Shown: positions 1 through 9,325, counted from the first letter of the stretch. The stretch is DNA of 61,300 nt from Lachnospiraceae bacterium UBA3774 (GCA_002369255.1 DFFO01000104.1:1-61300), one strand, 5' to 3'. The notes: a model not told the origin generated them from the sequence alone. Numbers and translations: made by a program.

Positions 1-333
1 GAGCAGGCCGCTTCCTGCCAGAAGGTTCTCGGCGGATGGGCAAACCTCGCAAAAGAATATGCGACAAAGAGATACCGTTCGAACCTCATCAACTGGGGCA
101 TGATGCCTTTCCTTGTAGATGAACCCGACGACGCGCTTCCTTTTGCCCTTGACGATTATGTATTTATCCCCGGTATCCGTAAGGCTATTACCGAGAAGAA
201 TGACAATATCAAAGCCTACGCTGTAAAAGCGGATGGAACGGTCAAGGAGTTCTGCGTACATCTCGGTGATCTTACCGACGCGGAGCGCGACATTATAAAG
301 GCCGGCTGCCTCATCAACTACTACAGAGGCTAA
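1..333 (+). CDS. aconitate hydratase, C-terminal fragment (5' end lies outside the window)
   Basis: Frame 1 is open from nt 1 to the TAA at 331-333. The translation EQAASCQKVLGGWANLAKEYATKRYRSNLINWGMMPFLVDE... resembles the aconitase swivel-domain RSNLINxGxxPx motif as I recall it. A hairpin terminator follows. Confidence 0.6.
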   Translation, partial: EQAASCQKVLGGWANLAKEYATKRYRSNLINWGMMPFLVDEPDDALPFALDDYVFIPGIRKAITEKNDNIKAYAVKADGTVKEFCVHLGDLTDAERDIIKAGCLINYYRG

Positions 334-376
334 GTCTTTTTAGGATCATCACGGAAGATAAGTATCTTCTGGCAAT

Positions 377-411
377 AAAAAGGGCGTCGCTTAAAAAAAG
401 CGGCGCCTTTT
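377..411. terminator. bidirectional rho-independent terminator between convergent genes
   Basis: 10-bp stem GGCGTCGCTT/AAGCGGCGCC (one G-T wobble) with a 5-nt loop. It is flanked by AAAAA on the left and TTTT on the right. Confidence 0.7.
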
Positions 412-425
412 ACTGTCTGTATGTT

Positions 426-1220
426 TTATTCTTTCAATGCGCGCAGAATCTGCGCACCGCTTTCCAAAACAAGATCGGGTTTTATATCGCTTTGCGCAAG
501 CATTTCAGGAGTCGTTTCTCCGGAAAGGACAAGTATGGCCTTTGCGCCTGCATTCAGACCGCATTTGATATCGGTATAAAGCCTGTCGCCGACTACGGCG
601 GTCTGTTCGGCGGGAATGCCGAGAGATTTTCTGGCCAGCTCAACTATCAGAGGCTCGGGTTTTCCTATGATGACGGGTCTTTTTTTTGTTGCATTATAAA
701 GCATATCTATCACGCTGCCGCAGTCAGGAACGCTTCCGAATTCGGTCGGACATACGTAGTCCGGGTGTGTGGCGATATATGGTATATCCGGCTTTTTGGA
801 AAGGATCCGGCAGATATCCTCAAGTTTTTTAAAAGTAAGCTCCGTATCAAAACCGAGCAATATAGCGTCAGCTCCGTCAGGGTCGTCGGTAACCGTAAAA
901 CCTGCGCGTGAAAGCTCGGAGGCAAGTGATCTGGTTCCGCACAAATACAGTCTTGCTGTCGGAAGTTTTTCTTTCAGATAGTATATAGTTGCATGGGCGG
1001 AAGTTACAAAATCCGACTCTGTACAGCTGATACCGAGTCTCGTAAGCTTTTCGACGTAGGCGTCTGCACCCTTCGAAGAATTGTTTGTAAGAAACCGGTA
1101 CTGCCTGCCGCTGCTTCGTATGACAGACAAAAGCTCTTTTGTAAAATCAAAGAGCCGGTTTCCGAGATAAATCGTACCGTCCATATCAAACAAGAATAAG
1201 CGAATGTCCCTGATATCCAT
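426..1220 (-). CDS. HAD superfamily subfamily IIA hydrolase (NagD-like sugar phosphatase)
   Basis: The ORF has the N-terminal FLFDMDGTIY DxDGT motif, then FLTNNS, and GDRLYTDI near the C-terminus. I moved the start to ATG 1218-1220 (MDIRDIR...), which sits 6 nt after GGAGGAAAAG. The ORF-track start at 1253 lacks an RBS. Confidence 0.8.
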   Translation of the reverse strand: MDIRDIRLFLFDMDGTIYLGNRLFDFTKELLSVIRSSGRQYRFLTNNSSKGADAYVEKLTRLGISCTESDFVTSAHATIYYLKEKLPTARLYLCGTRSLASELSRAGFTVTDDPDGADAILLGFDTELTFKKLEDICRILSKKPDIPYIATHPDYVCPTEFGSVPDCGSVIDMLYNATKKRPVIIGKPEPLIVELARKSLGIPAEQTAVVGDRLYTDIKCGLNAGAKAILVLSGETTPEMLAQSDIKPDLVLESGAQILRALKE

Positions 1221-1280
1221 ACTTTTCCTCCAAAAACAATATACATTTTTCACTTATAAAAGTAAATAAAAGAGGACGAA

Positions 1281-1310
1281 CAATTTTAAATTTGACCGTT
1301 CATATTTAAA
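1281..1310 (+). promoter_or_regulatory. conserved 30-bp upstream element, copy 1 (candidate operator)
   Basis: CAATTTTAAATTTGACCGTTCATATTTAAA lies 106 nt upstream of the 1416 start codon. It matches the minus-strand reading of 15441-15470 at 28 of 30 positions, counted by eye. Confidence 0.55.
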
Positions 1311-1415
1311 GTAAAACGGCTAATGGTATTGTTGACGGGAGGTTTGTGTGTTACATTTACAAAGCAATAATGCATTTAATAACTATGTATTTGAAGAATA
1401 GCAAGGAGGTACAGT

Positions 1416-4400
1416 ATGAAGTTATTCAAGAAGTTCTGCGCTCTGTCTCTCGCAGTTGCGATGACGGCGGGTATTCTTACCGTTCCGTCAGTCAATGCTT
1501 TCGCTGCGGCAGAGGGTACCGGTGGAACTTTGGTTCATCAGGGAGGATATACGGGATACAAGGGAACCGTAAAAGCCTATCTGTCAGACCTGCTGGATAC
1601 TGATCGGATGGAGTATGCTCATGGCAATATTGAGACGGATCAGTTTACTGCAGACAAGTCTTTCCAGGGAGACGGTTCAAAAGTATATCCTATTTATCTT
1701 TGGAACAACGCCCATTCAGTAAACGTCGTTAATCCCGGAAATCACCCGAATGGCAGAGAGATCACGACCATGGCCGAAGGCACGCATACCTTTATGGCAA
1801 CGGACATAGTTCTCGGCTATACGGGAAAGTATTTCGACAAGGGCCTCGGCGGACATCTGGTTAATACCGAAAGTGAAAATTATGAGCCCAGCACTGTTGT
1901 CTTCGATATCAGCGGCGTAGGCGCGACGAGATTTTATGCGGTTGCAGGACTTACCGGAGATGCGGCAAACAAGCCTACTACCCTGGTAGAAAACACAAAT
2001 GATTACGGCGTAACTTTTGCTGTTTATGGCAGTAATGCTGAAGAATATGCCGACGACATGGAATTCACCCTGATTGCTTCCGTTGATGAAATCGGCGGAT
2101 ACGGAACTGACACCGCAAGCAGTAAGGTTTACAATACTGCCGAGTTTAACGTATCCGTTTCCGACTACAATTTCATTAAGCTCGTTGCGGAATCTGACGG
2201 AAATGCCGGCGGCGGCTCCTATGCATGGGGCGAAGCGGCTCTGTTCAATCCCATGTCTTCACAAAGCACCATTTCTTCCACAGGAAACTTTAGTGGAAAA
2301 GAAAGCAATGTCATTGGAAGCAGTATCGTATATCTTTCTTCGCTGACCGAGGAATCCAGCTATGTTGTCGGTTACAAGAATGATGTTGCTTCACCTCTTG
2401 AATTTTATAAAGACCGCAGCTATCCTTTGAGAATTAAAGCGGTGGGACACGCTAGTGATCTGGATCTGCTCAGCTTTTATGCCGGCACCGGTACAAGAAG
2501 AGAGATATATAACGGACAGTCCGGAATGTCGACTGACGAGAACGGAATATACCGCGTAGAAAATGGCGTCACTTACAGGCCTACTACTATTGCCCTGTCA
2601 TATAAGGGTGTGGTTTTTGACCATGGTCTTTCTGCGATAGCGGCGCCTCAGGCCAAGAAGCCGACCAGTATCGTATATGATGTCAGCAGTCTCGGAGCGG
2701 ACCGTTTTTATTCTGCGGTTGGCATGACGAGCCGTGCAAATGCAGACAATTCGACTAATTATCCTTACAAGCTTACTTTCAGTGTTTACGGAAGCAAGTC
2801 AGGAACGGCGGATTCTGATTTTGAATTACTTGAGTATGTATCCAATATCAGAGCATATCTTGCCGGAGAGATTGACGTAGATATATCCGGATATAAATAT
2901 CTGAAGCTGGAAACTACAACAGATGCTGCAGACAACAAGATCAACTATGATAACAGTTATCAGTTTAGCAGCGGCTTCGCATGGGCCGACGCCTGTGTTT
3001 ACAAAACAGCGACGAAGCTTTCAAATCTCGGCTCTTCAGTAGTCTATGAAGGCCATGAAGAAGCTCAAAACGTCACATATCTTTCTGATGTTTACAGCAC
3101 CAATATGGTTGATTCCTTTGTTATCGGAGCGAATTCAAGCGAGACCAACCCTCGCGAATACAAGCTCGATACGAACTGGGACAACGTTGTATACGTATGG
3201 ACCGGTACTCAAAGCGGCAGATATCAGGTTCCCGGCGGTACCCCTTCGGTCAGCCCCAGAACCCTTACCGTAACAAATGCTGACGGAACCAAATCGGAAG
3301 TCACCTATGACAGATCCGAAATAGTTCTTGGCTACCGCGGAACAAAATTCGAAAAAGGCCTTGCGGCACTTGTTTCGGCAAGCACCAACAAAGCTTCTTA
3401 TATAGTTTATGACGTTCGTGATCTTGACGCGGATTATTTCTACGCGGTAACAGGTCTGACCGGAAATGCAAACAAAAACAGCACCAGTGAATTCCCGTAC
3501 AAGCTTACCTATACTCTGTACGGAAGCATGGATGATACTTATACGGAAGATACTGAATTTGAACCTATCATGTATGCTTCCGATATCAGAACTTATCTTA
3601 CGGCTGAATTTAAAGCTGATATCAGCGACTACAATTTCATCAAGCTCGAGACCGTGAGCAACGGAGCCAACTCCAGCGGATCGTTTGCATGGGGCGGCGC
3701 GTGCGTTTACAGCGTGGAAGAGCCTACTCCCGAACCCGTTAACACTATGGACAGAATATCCGTTACGGTAGGTTCTGACCTTACGCTTCATGTCCTTGCA
3801 AATATGGCCGATGACGTTACGGCTCCCGCAGTTCGTTTCTCAGGCATCAATGAAGCTGTCACAGTAGAAGGAACTGAAAACGGCGACAGATATCAGTTTG
3901 ATTTTGCCGGCGTTTACTCGCAGTTTATGAGCACTACCATTACCATGGAGCTTCTTGACGATCAGGAAGAAGTCCTTGAGACCAAGACGTTCAGCGTTGC
4001 TGATTACTGCGATACGATCCATGAACTGGGCTCCTCGTCGGAAGGACTGGAATCGCTTGGTCTTACCGCGGCTGAGTTTGCAAAGCTTGATACGCTGCTT
4101 GCCGATATGCTCGAATACGGAGCGGCGGCTCAGAATTATATTGACTTTAATACGGACAATCTTGCAAACCAGGCTGATTGGGTAGCCGTATCAAAGACGC
4201 AGTCCTTTACTGCTCCTGCTACGGACGTTAGTTCTTCGGCTCATACAACTGTCGACAATATCCGCAGTGCGGCGCTTCGTCTGAAAAACGACGTCAGATT
4301 CATCATCAGAGTCAACGCTGCAAACGCAACCAAGCTGACGGTTTCTGCCGGCGGAGCAAGCAAGCAGTACGTTCTTGCGGATATGACAAAGGCAGGCGCG

Positions 4401-4616
4401 AATGCTTATGTTATTGAAGGCGACGGAATGTATGCGACAGATTTCGATACTGTTTACACATTCACTCTTGCTGACGATGCCACGACGTATCACACTGTTA
4501 CGTACAGCGTCAATTCGTACGTTGCTTCCAAGTGTGCAAGTTCTGACGAAAACCTTGCGGCTATGGTTAAGGCCGTATACAACTACGGTGTTTCGGCAGA
4601 CGCATACAACAACTAA
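1416..4616 (+). CDS. secreted protein with three NPCBM-like carbohydrate-binding-type modules plus a shared C-terminal domain
   Basis: AAGGAGG RBS and signal peptide MKLFKKFCALSLAVAMTAGILTVPSVNAFA. There are three ~230-aa repeats (about nt 1527-2249, 2313-3005, 3057-3713). Each carries YLSD..., GY.G..F.KGLG, V.DxSG.GA.RFYA..G.TG, the VYGS core of VTFxVYGS/LTFSVYGS/LTYTLYGS, Y.F(Y)[IL]KLE and [SF]AWG.A/FAWADA. This parallels the NPCBM (GH98-associated) module pattern YLSDL...GLG.H...F.A.VGVDD...V.F.V..DG...HADWA.A as I recall it. Confidence 0.7.
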   Translation: MKLFKKFCALSLAVAMTAGILTVPSVNAFAAAEGTGGTLVHQGGYTGYKGTVKAYLSDLLDTDRMEYAHGNIETDQFTADKSFQGDGSKVYPIYLWNNAHSVNVVNPGNHPNGREITTMAEGTHTFMATDIVLGYTGKYFDKGLGGHLVNTESENYEPSTVVFDISGVGATRFYAVAGLTGDAANKPTTLVENTNDYGVTFAVYGSNAEEYADDMEFTLIASVDEIGGYGTDTASSKVYNTAEFNVSVSDYNFIKLVAESDGNAGGGSYAWGEAALFNPMSSQSTISSTGNFSGKESNVIGSSIVYLSSLTEESSYVVGYKNDVASPLEFYKDRSYPLRIKAVGHASDLDLLSFYAGTGTRREIYNGQSGMSTDENGIYRVENGVTYRPTTIALSYKGVVFDHGLSAIAAPQAKKPTSIVYDVSSLGADRFYSAVGMTSRANADNSTNYPYKLTFSVYGSKSGTADSDFELLEYVSNIRAYLAGEIDVDISGYKYLKLETTTDAADNKINYDNSYQFSSGFAWADACVYKTATKLSNLGSSVVYEGHEEAQNVTYLSDVYSTNMVDSFVIGANSSETNPREYKLDTNWDNVVYVWTGTQSGRYQVPGGTPSVSPRTLTVTNADGTKSEVTYDRSEIVLGYRGTKFEKGLAALVSASTNKASYIVYDVRDLDADYFYAVTGLTGNANKNSTSEFPYKLTYTLYGSMDDTYTEDTEFEPIMYASDIRTYLTAEFKADISDYNFIKLETVSNGANSSGSFAWGGACVYSVEEPTPEPVNTMDRISVTVGSDLTLHVLANMADDVTAPAVRFSGINEAVTVEGTENGDRYQFDFAGVYSQFMSTTITMELLDDQEEVLETKTFSVADYCDTIHELGSSSEGLESLGLTAAEFAKLDTLLADMLEYGAAAQNYIDFNTDNLANQADWVAVSKTQSFTAPATDVSSSAHTTVDNIRSAALRLKNDVRFIIRVNAANATKLTVSAGGASKQYVLADMTKAGANAYVIEGDGMYATDFDTVYTFTLADDATTYHTVTYSVNSYVASKCASSDENLAAMVKAVYNYGVSADAYNN
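3747..4613 (+). other. shared ~290-aa C-terminal domain, copy 1
   Basis: MDRISVTVGSDLTLHV...LLADMLEYGAAAQNY...TVTYSVNSYVASK...VKAVYNYGVSADAYNN. It is collinear with 8361-9227 and, more distantly, with 55506-56378. Confidence 0.6.
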
Positions 4617-4651
4617 AAACAAAAAAGGTTAATCCTCATTTTCCCACTTTT

Positions 4652-4686
4652 CCTCCGGCATGCCTTCACGGGTGTCGGAGGTTTTT
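4652..4686 (+). terminator. rho-independent terminator
   Basis: Stem CCTCCGGCA/TGTCGGAGG (one G-T wobble) followed by TTTTT, 36 nt after the stop codon. Confidence 0.7.
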
Positions 4687-4817
4687 CTTAAAGCTCTTTG
4701 AATGTGTGTGATGTTGTTTGATTTTGTTTCTATCACATTTTTGGTATTTAAAATATAATTCAGATAAGAGGATTAAATTTGATAAAAGCGTTCAATTGTT
4801 TTTTTAGGAGAAAATGC

Positions 4818-7800
4818 ATGAAAAAATTGCTATCCCTGCTGCTGGCCGCTGTCATGGTCACAAGCACAATATCATTTGTCGGTACCGATGGTGCGGTGTA
4901 TGCGGACGACGAAATAACCCTGACATACGGTACGGATGTCCCGGCGTTTACCACGACTGCCATTCAGTATTCGGCAGACCCGTATGACTGCGGACAAGGT
5001 CACGGACAGATACTTTTTGATACGTCCGCAGACAGCTATATAAACGCGGAAATCGATTCATATAGGAATACCCTTGCCGGAAACGGCTTTTCAATACGCG
5101 GCTCCGAGAGCAATATCGGTCTGGACGCGGACGGCGATCCCGCAGGAAACAGATTTTTTACGTATTACAAGGAAAATGCGGGCGGCGGATATACTGTGGT
5201 TCACTGCAATTACTTTGCGGCTCTGGATCAGTTCCGTATTATTTACGGCGTTGAGAGCTACCTTGGAGCGTCGGCTCCCGTAACGGGCTATACCGCAGTC
5301 AAGGAGCCTTCGATGTCTATCATCGGAATGAGCGACAGTCTGGAATGTCTTGTTGTTCAGCTTGCAGACGGCAGCTTTATCATTATTGACGGCGGAAAAG
5401 CCTGGAATGAAGAAAGAACTGTCAGCTATACCGACGACAACGGAAACACCCGCACAATGGATTATTATCTTGATTACCGCGCTGACATGGAAGCGCTTTA
5501 TGACTTTCTTGACACAAACAAACCTCAAGGCGAGTCAAAACCGCAGATCACGTGGATGATCACTCACGTTGACGGAGACCATATCTGCCTTCCGTACAAG
5601 TTTATGGAATCCTCGTTCGGAAGGCTTGTAGACGTAAATACTGTCATTTACAACTTCCCGGGCAGCAGCGTTTTGAATTCTCTTGCGGATGCAAATTCCG
5701 GTATGTATGTAAGCAGCTTCATGAATGCTTTTTCGGCAGCTGATCATTTTATTTATCATACCGGAGAAAAATTATATTTGCCCGGCTGTGAAATAGAGTT
5801 TCTTATGACTCATGAGGATTATTGGCCGAATCCTGTGCCGACCGGAAACCATGCCAGCGGCGCATGGAGATTTAACTTTACGGACAGCGGAAAGACGGCA
5901 TATATGCTCGGAGACTGTGAAACAGGCTTAAATGACCAGATGGCGGAGGTTTTCGGATCGTACCTTGACAGCGATATCCTTCAGCCCGCGCATCACGGGT
6001 CAAACGGAGGTACCGTCAAGCTGTACAGCCTTCTGCACCCTTCCGTTATTTTCTGGACATGCGGAGATTTCCCTTTTTACTATGACAACCGTCACACGGG
6101 AACGAATCCGAAATATGCATTTAACGCCATCCTGAGAAACATGGAAGGAGTGACGCACTTTACCAATTCCGCTACTCATACGCTGGATATTGCTACTCTT
6201 ACCGAGGTGCAGAGCGGAGGATCGCTTGTGCACCAGGGAGCATATTCGGGAAGAAAAGGCAACGCGAGAACCTATCTTTCTGATCTGTATGGTACGGAGC
6301 AGATGAAATTTGCCTTCGGAAGCGATGAAACCGCGCCTTTTTCCGCTGACAGCTCATTCCTTGGAGACGGCTCGCAGATATATCCGATATATCTGTGGAA
6401 CAGAACGCATACCGTAAACGTTGTACATCCGACTACTCATCCAAACGGTCGAAGCATTGCCACGTTGGCTGAGGGAAGCACGACTTTTTATGCAGATGAT
6501 ATAGTCCTCGGTTATCAGGGAAAACGCTTTGAAAAAGGGCTCGGAGGTCATTTGACGGACGATAAGGTCTTTACAAACAGAGTTGTTTTCGACATAAGAG
6601 GGGCTGCCGGCGAGAGATTTTACGCGATAGCGGGTCTGACCGGGGATGCGGCCAACCGTCCTTCTACGCAGACAAGCGCGCAAAGCTATGGCGTTACGTT
6701 CAAGGTTTACGGAAGCAAAGCGGACAATTACAGTGATTCCATCAGCTATACGCTGCTTTCAAGCGTTGACGGCGTAGGCGGATACGGCAGCGATTTAAAC
6801 AGCAGTAAAACCTACAACACCGCAGAGTTTGATATTGACGTAAGCGGCTGGAACTTCATAAAGCTCGAAGCAGTCAGCGACGGTTCCGGAGCCGGAGGCT
6901 CCTATGCATGGGGCGACGCTTGCCTTTACAGTAAAAAAACTTCTCAAAGCACGATTTCAAGGCCCGAAAATCTTGAAGGCAAAAATGAGTATGCAGAAGA
7001 TATAGTTTATCTTTCGGATCTTTATTCCACGGAGGCGAAAAAAGACAGCTTCGTTATCGGAGCAAGCAACAATACCGCTGCTCCCAGAGCATATGCCGCA
7101 GATACGAATTTTGAAAGAAAAGTCTACGTATATAAGGGCACGGGAACCGCTACCGGAAACAGAACGGAGGTTTCTGCAAATACTACTCTTAACATTACGG
7201 GCGCGGATGGCAGTATATCTGCCGTGCCGTATTCTCCTTCGGATATAGCTATAGGCTATCGGGGCACGAAGTTTGAAAAGGGGCTCGGAGGTATTGCCTC
7301 GCCGGGCCACTGCAAACCCGCTTCCGTTATATATGATCTGTCCGGACTGGGCGCGGAGCGTTTTTATGCGGTCGGAGGCATTACCGGTAGTGGAAATGCT
7401 AATGATGCAACCAATAACAACAGAAAATTGAGTTTTAACGTTTACGGCAGCAAAACAGGCATGAATGCGTCCGATTTTGAGCTTGTTTCTTACACGTCGA
7501 ACGTATATGCGTATCTTCTGGCGGAATTTGATCTCGATATATCTCAGTACAGATATCTTAAACTCGAGGTCGAATGCGACAATACCACAAACAGCGGAAA
7601 AAGCTTTGCATGGGCTGACGCCTGCGTATACAGGGTCGGAACGCCGCAGGAACCCGAGCATCTCACAAATATCGGCACCTCGGGCGGCTTTGGCGGTCAT
7701 CCTGACGCGGTAAACGTTACGTATCTTTCGGACGTTTACGATACAAATATGGTCGATTCGTTTGTTATCGGAGTAGGAGGAAACGAAGCCGCTCCCCGTG

Positions 7801-9230
7801 AGTTCAAGAAAGATACCAACTGGGACAATATGCTCCTCGTATGGTCGGGAACTGCGAACGGACGATGGCAGATAACGGCCGCAAACAGCCCCAGAACGAT
7901 TTCCGTAAGAAACGAAAACGGCACGACTTCTTCTGTCGTTTATACCAATGATGAGATTGCTTTGGGTTATCGCGGCACAGAATTTGAAAAAGGTCTTGGA
8001 GGACTTGTTTCGCCAAGCACAAATAAGTCCGCATATATCGTATATGACGTAAGGGATCTTGATGCAAAGTATTTTTATTCCGCAGTCGGTCTGACCGGAA
8101 ATGCAAATGCAAACAATACGGGAACTTATCCTTACAAGGTCACGTTTACGCTCTACGGGAGCAAAAACCGGGATTATAACGAAAACAGCGTCTTTATTCC
8201 TCTCGCATATGCGTCGGATATAAGAGCATATTTCGGCGCGGAATTCAATGTTGATATCAGCGGCTACAATTATCTCAAACTCGAAGCGGTAAGCGACGGC
8301 GGGAACAGCGGCGGATCGTTTGCCTGGGGCGGAGCCTGTGTATATGATACAAATGCTGTTATGGACAGAGTTTCGATGACTGCAGGTTCGGATCTTACGC
8401 TGCATATCCATGCGAAGATGTCTGAGGGTACAACCGCCCCCGGCGCGCGTTTTTCCGGAATCGGAGATTCTGTGACGATATCCGGCGTAAAAGACGGAGA
8501 GAGGTGGCGTTTTGATTATCCGGGTGTATATTCTCAATATATGAATGAGGATATCACGGTTGAGCTTCTTGACGATGATTCATCGGTCATTGAAACAAAA
8601 ACATTTTGTACAGCGGCTTATTGCGACAGCATACACGAATTGGGGCAGACCGCAGAGGGTCTTGCCGCATTGGGGCTGTCGGCTGCAAAATTTGCAAAAC
8701 TTGAAACGCTGCTTGCCGATATGCTTGAGTATGGCGCCGCTGCACAAAATTATGCGGCCTACAAGACGGATTCTCTTCCGAACGGAGCCGCATGGGTAGC
8801 CTCTGCAAAAACAAAGAGCTTTACGGCTCCTCAGAGCGCGGCGAGTTCTTCCGTGCGAGGCCGCAAAGATTATATTCGCAGCGCGGCGCTTTATCTTTCA
8901 AAAGATATCAGCTTCATAATAAACGTTTCGGCGTCTCAGGCCACCAAACTTGTAGTCACTGCTTATGGCGGCACCGCCAAAGAGTATCCGCTTTCTTCTG
9001 CTAAAAGAAACGGCAGTGTTTACGTTGTTCTGGGAGAAGGTTTGCCCGCCACGGATTTTGACACGGTTTATACTTTTGCGCTTACAGACGGTAAGACCGT
9101 TTATCACACTGTCACATACAGCGTTAATTCCTATGTAGCGTCAAAACACGGAAGTGACGATGCGCTGCTTGCGGCGGTGGTAAAGGCGCTCTACAATTAC
9201 GGAGTATCCGCTGACAATTACAATGACTGA
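4818..9230 (+). CDS. secreted ComEC-type MBL-fold module fused to three NPCBM-like modules and the shared C-terminal domain
   Basis: Start moved to ATG 4818, which lies 7 nt after AGGAG. Signal peptide is MKKLLSLLLAAVMVTSTISFVG. The N-terminal ~420 aa are collinear with lipoprotein 19268-21016 (QLADGSFIIIDGG, ITWMITHVDGDHI, QPAHHGSNGG, FWTCGDFPFY). Three NPCBM-like repeats follow, then the C-terminal domain. Confidence 0.75.
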   Translation: MKKLLSLLLAAVMVTSTISFVGTDGAVYADDEITLTYGTDVPAFTTTAIQYSADPYDCGQGHGQILFDTSADSYINAEIDSYRNTLAGNGFSIRGSESNIGLDADGDPAGNRFFTYYKENAGGGYTVVHCNYFAALDQFRIIYGVESYLGASAPVTGYTAVKEPSMSIIGMSDSLECLVVQLADGSFIIIDGGKAWNEERTVSYTDDNGNTRTMDYYLDYRADMEALYDFLDTNKPQGESKPQITWMITHVDGDHICLPYKFMESSFGRLVDVNTVIYNFPGSSVLNSLADANSGMYVSSFMNAFSAADHFIYHTGEKLYLPGCEIEFLMTHEDYWPNPVPTGNHASGAWRFNFTDSGKTAYMLGDCETGLNDQMAEVFGSYLDSDILQPAHHGSNGGTVKLYSLLHPSVIFWTCGDFPFYYDNRHTGTNPKYAFNAILRNMEGVTHFTNSATHTLDIATLTEVQSGGSLVHQGAYSGRKGNARTYLSDLYGTEQMKFAFGSDETAPFSADSSFLGDGSQIYPIYLWNRTHTVNVVHPTTHPNGRSIATLAEGSTTFYADDIVLGYQGKRFEKGLGGHLTDDKVFTNRVVFDIRGAAGERFYAIAGLTGDAANRPSTQTSAQSYGVTFKVYGSKADNYSDSISYTLLSSVDGVGGYGSDLNSSKTYNTAEFDIDVSGWNFIKLEAVSDGSGAGGSYAWGDACLYSKKTSQSTISRPENLEGKNEYAEDIVYLSDLYSTEAKKDSFVIGASNNTAAPRAYAADTNFERKVYVYKGTGTATGNRTEVSANTTLNITGADGSISAVPYSPSDIAIGYRGTKFEKGLGGIASPGHCKPASVIYDLSGLGAERFYAVGGITGSGNANDATNNNRKLSFNVYGSKTGMNASDFELVSYTSNVYAYLLAEFDLDISQYRYLKLEVECDNTTNSGKSFAWADACVYRVGTPQEPEHLTNIGTSGGFGGHPDAVNVTYLSDVYDTNMVDSFVIGVGGNEAAPREFKKDTNWDNMLLVWSGTANGRWQITAANSPRTISVRNENGTTSSVVYTNDEIALGYRGTEFEKGLGGLVSPSTNKSAYIVYDVRDLDAKYFYSAVGLTGNANANNTGTYPYKVTFTLYGSKNRDYNENSVFIPLAYASDIRAYFGAEFNVDISGYNYLKLEAVSDGGNSGGSFAWGGACVYDTNAVMDRVSMTAGSDLTLHIHAKMSEGTTAPGARFSGIGDSVTISGVKDGERWRFDYPGVYSQYMNEDITVELLDDDSSVIETKTFCTAAYCDSIHELGQTAEGLAALGLSAAKFAKLETLLADMLEYGAAAQNYAAYKTDSLPNGAAWVASAKTKSFTAPQSAASSSVRGRKDYIRSAALYLSKDISFIINVSASQATKLVVTAYGGTAKEYPLSSAKRNGSVYVVLGEGLPATDFDTVYTFALTDGKTVYHTVTYSVNSYVASKHGSDDALLAAVVKALYNYGVSADNYND
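5082..6200 (+). other. ComEC/COG2333-type metallo-beta-lactamase-fold module (domain within CDS 4818-9230)
   Basis: Motifs IIDGG, H-V-D-G-D-H (HxDxDH rather than the canonical HxHxDH) and AHHGS. This is the pattern I associate with the ComEC C-terminal MBL family. Confidence 0.55.
8361..9227 (+). other. shared ~290-aa C-terminal domain, copy 2
   Basis: MDRVSMTAGSDLTLHI...LLADMLEYGAAAQNY...TVTYSVNSYVASK...VKALYNYGVSADNYND. Confidence 0.6.
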
Positions 9231-9293
9231 TTTATCATCCTCCTGAATTAAACAGTCATATTATAGTATGCATTAGGTGTTTCTCCTGCACCG

Positions 9294-9325
9294 CCCCGGC
9301 ATTCCGAAAGGGATGCCGGGTTTTT
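9294..9325 (+). terminator. strong rho-independent terminator
   Basis: 11-bp stem CCCGGCATTCC/GGGATGCCGGG (one G-T wobble), GAAA tetraloop, then TTTTTT. Confidence 0.85.

Noticed and set aside
4707-4737. TGTGAT...ATCACA inverted repeat upstream of 4818, considered as a CRP/FNR-type site.
   Set aside because: The half-sites are separated by 19 nt rather than the 6 nt of TGTGA-N6-TCACA sites, and there is no second copy in the window. At best it is an unassigned inverted repeat.
6957-8537. Long antisense ORFs inside well-supported genes: 6957-8537(-) 526 aa, 19277-20353(-) 358 aa, 26854-27930(-) 358 aa, 28506-29309(-) 267 aa, 30782-31450(-), 52398-53009(-), 60639-61289(-).
   Set aside because: Each lies opposite a gene with clear family motifs. 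Their translations are low-complexity and Arg/Ser/Cys-rich with no recognisable motifs or RBS. This is typical shadow-ORF behaviour.
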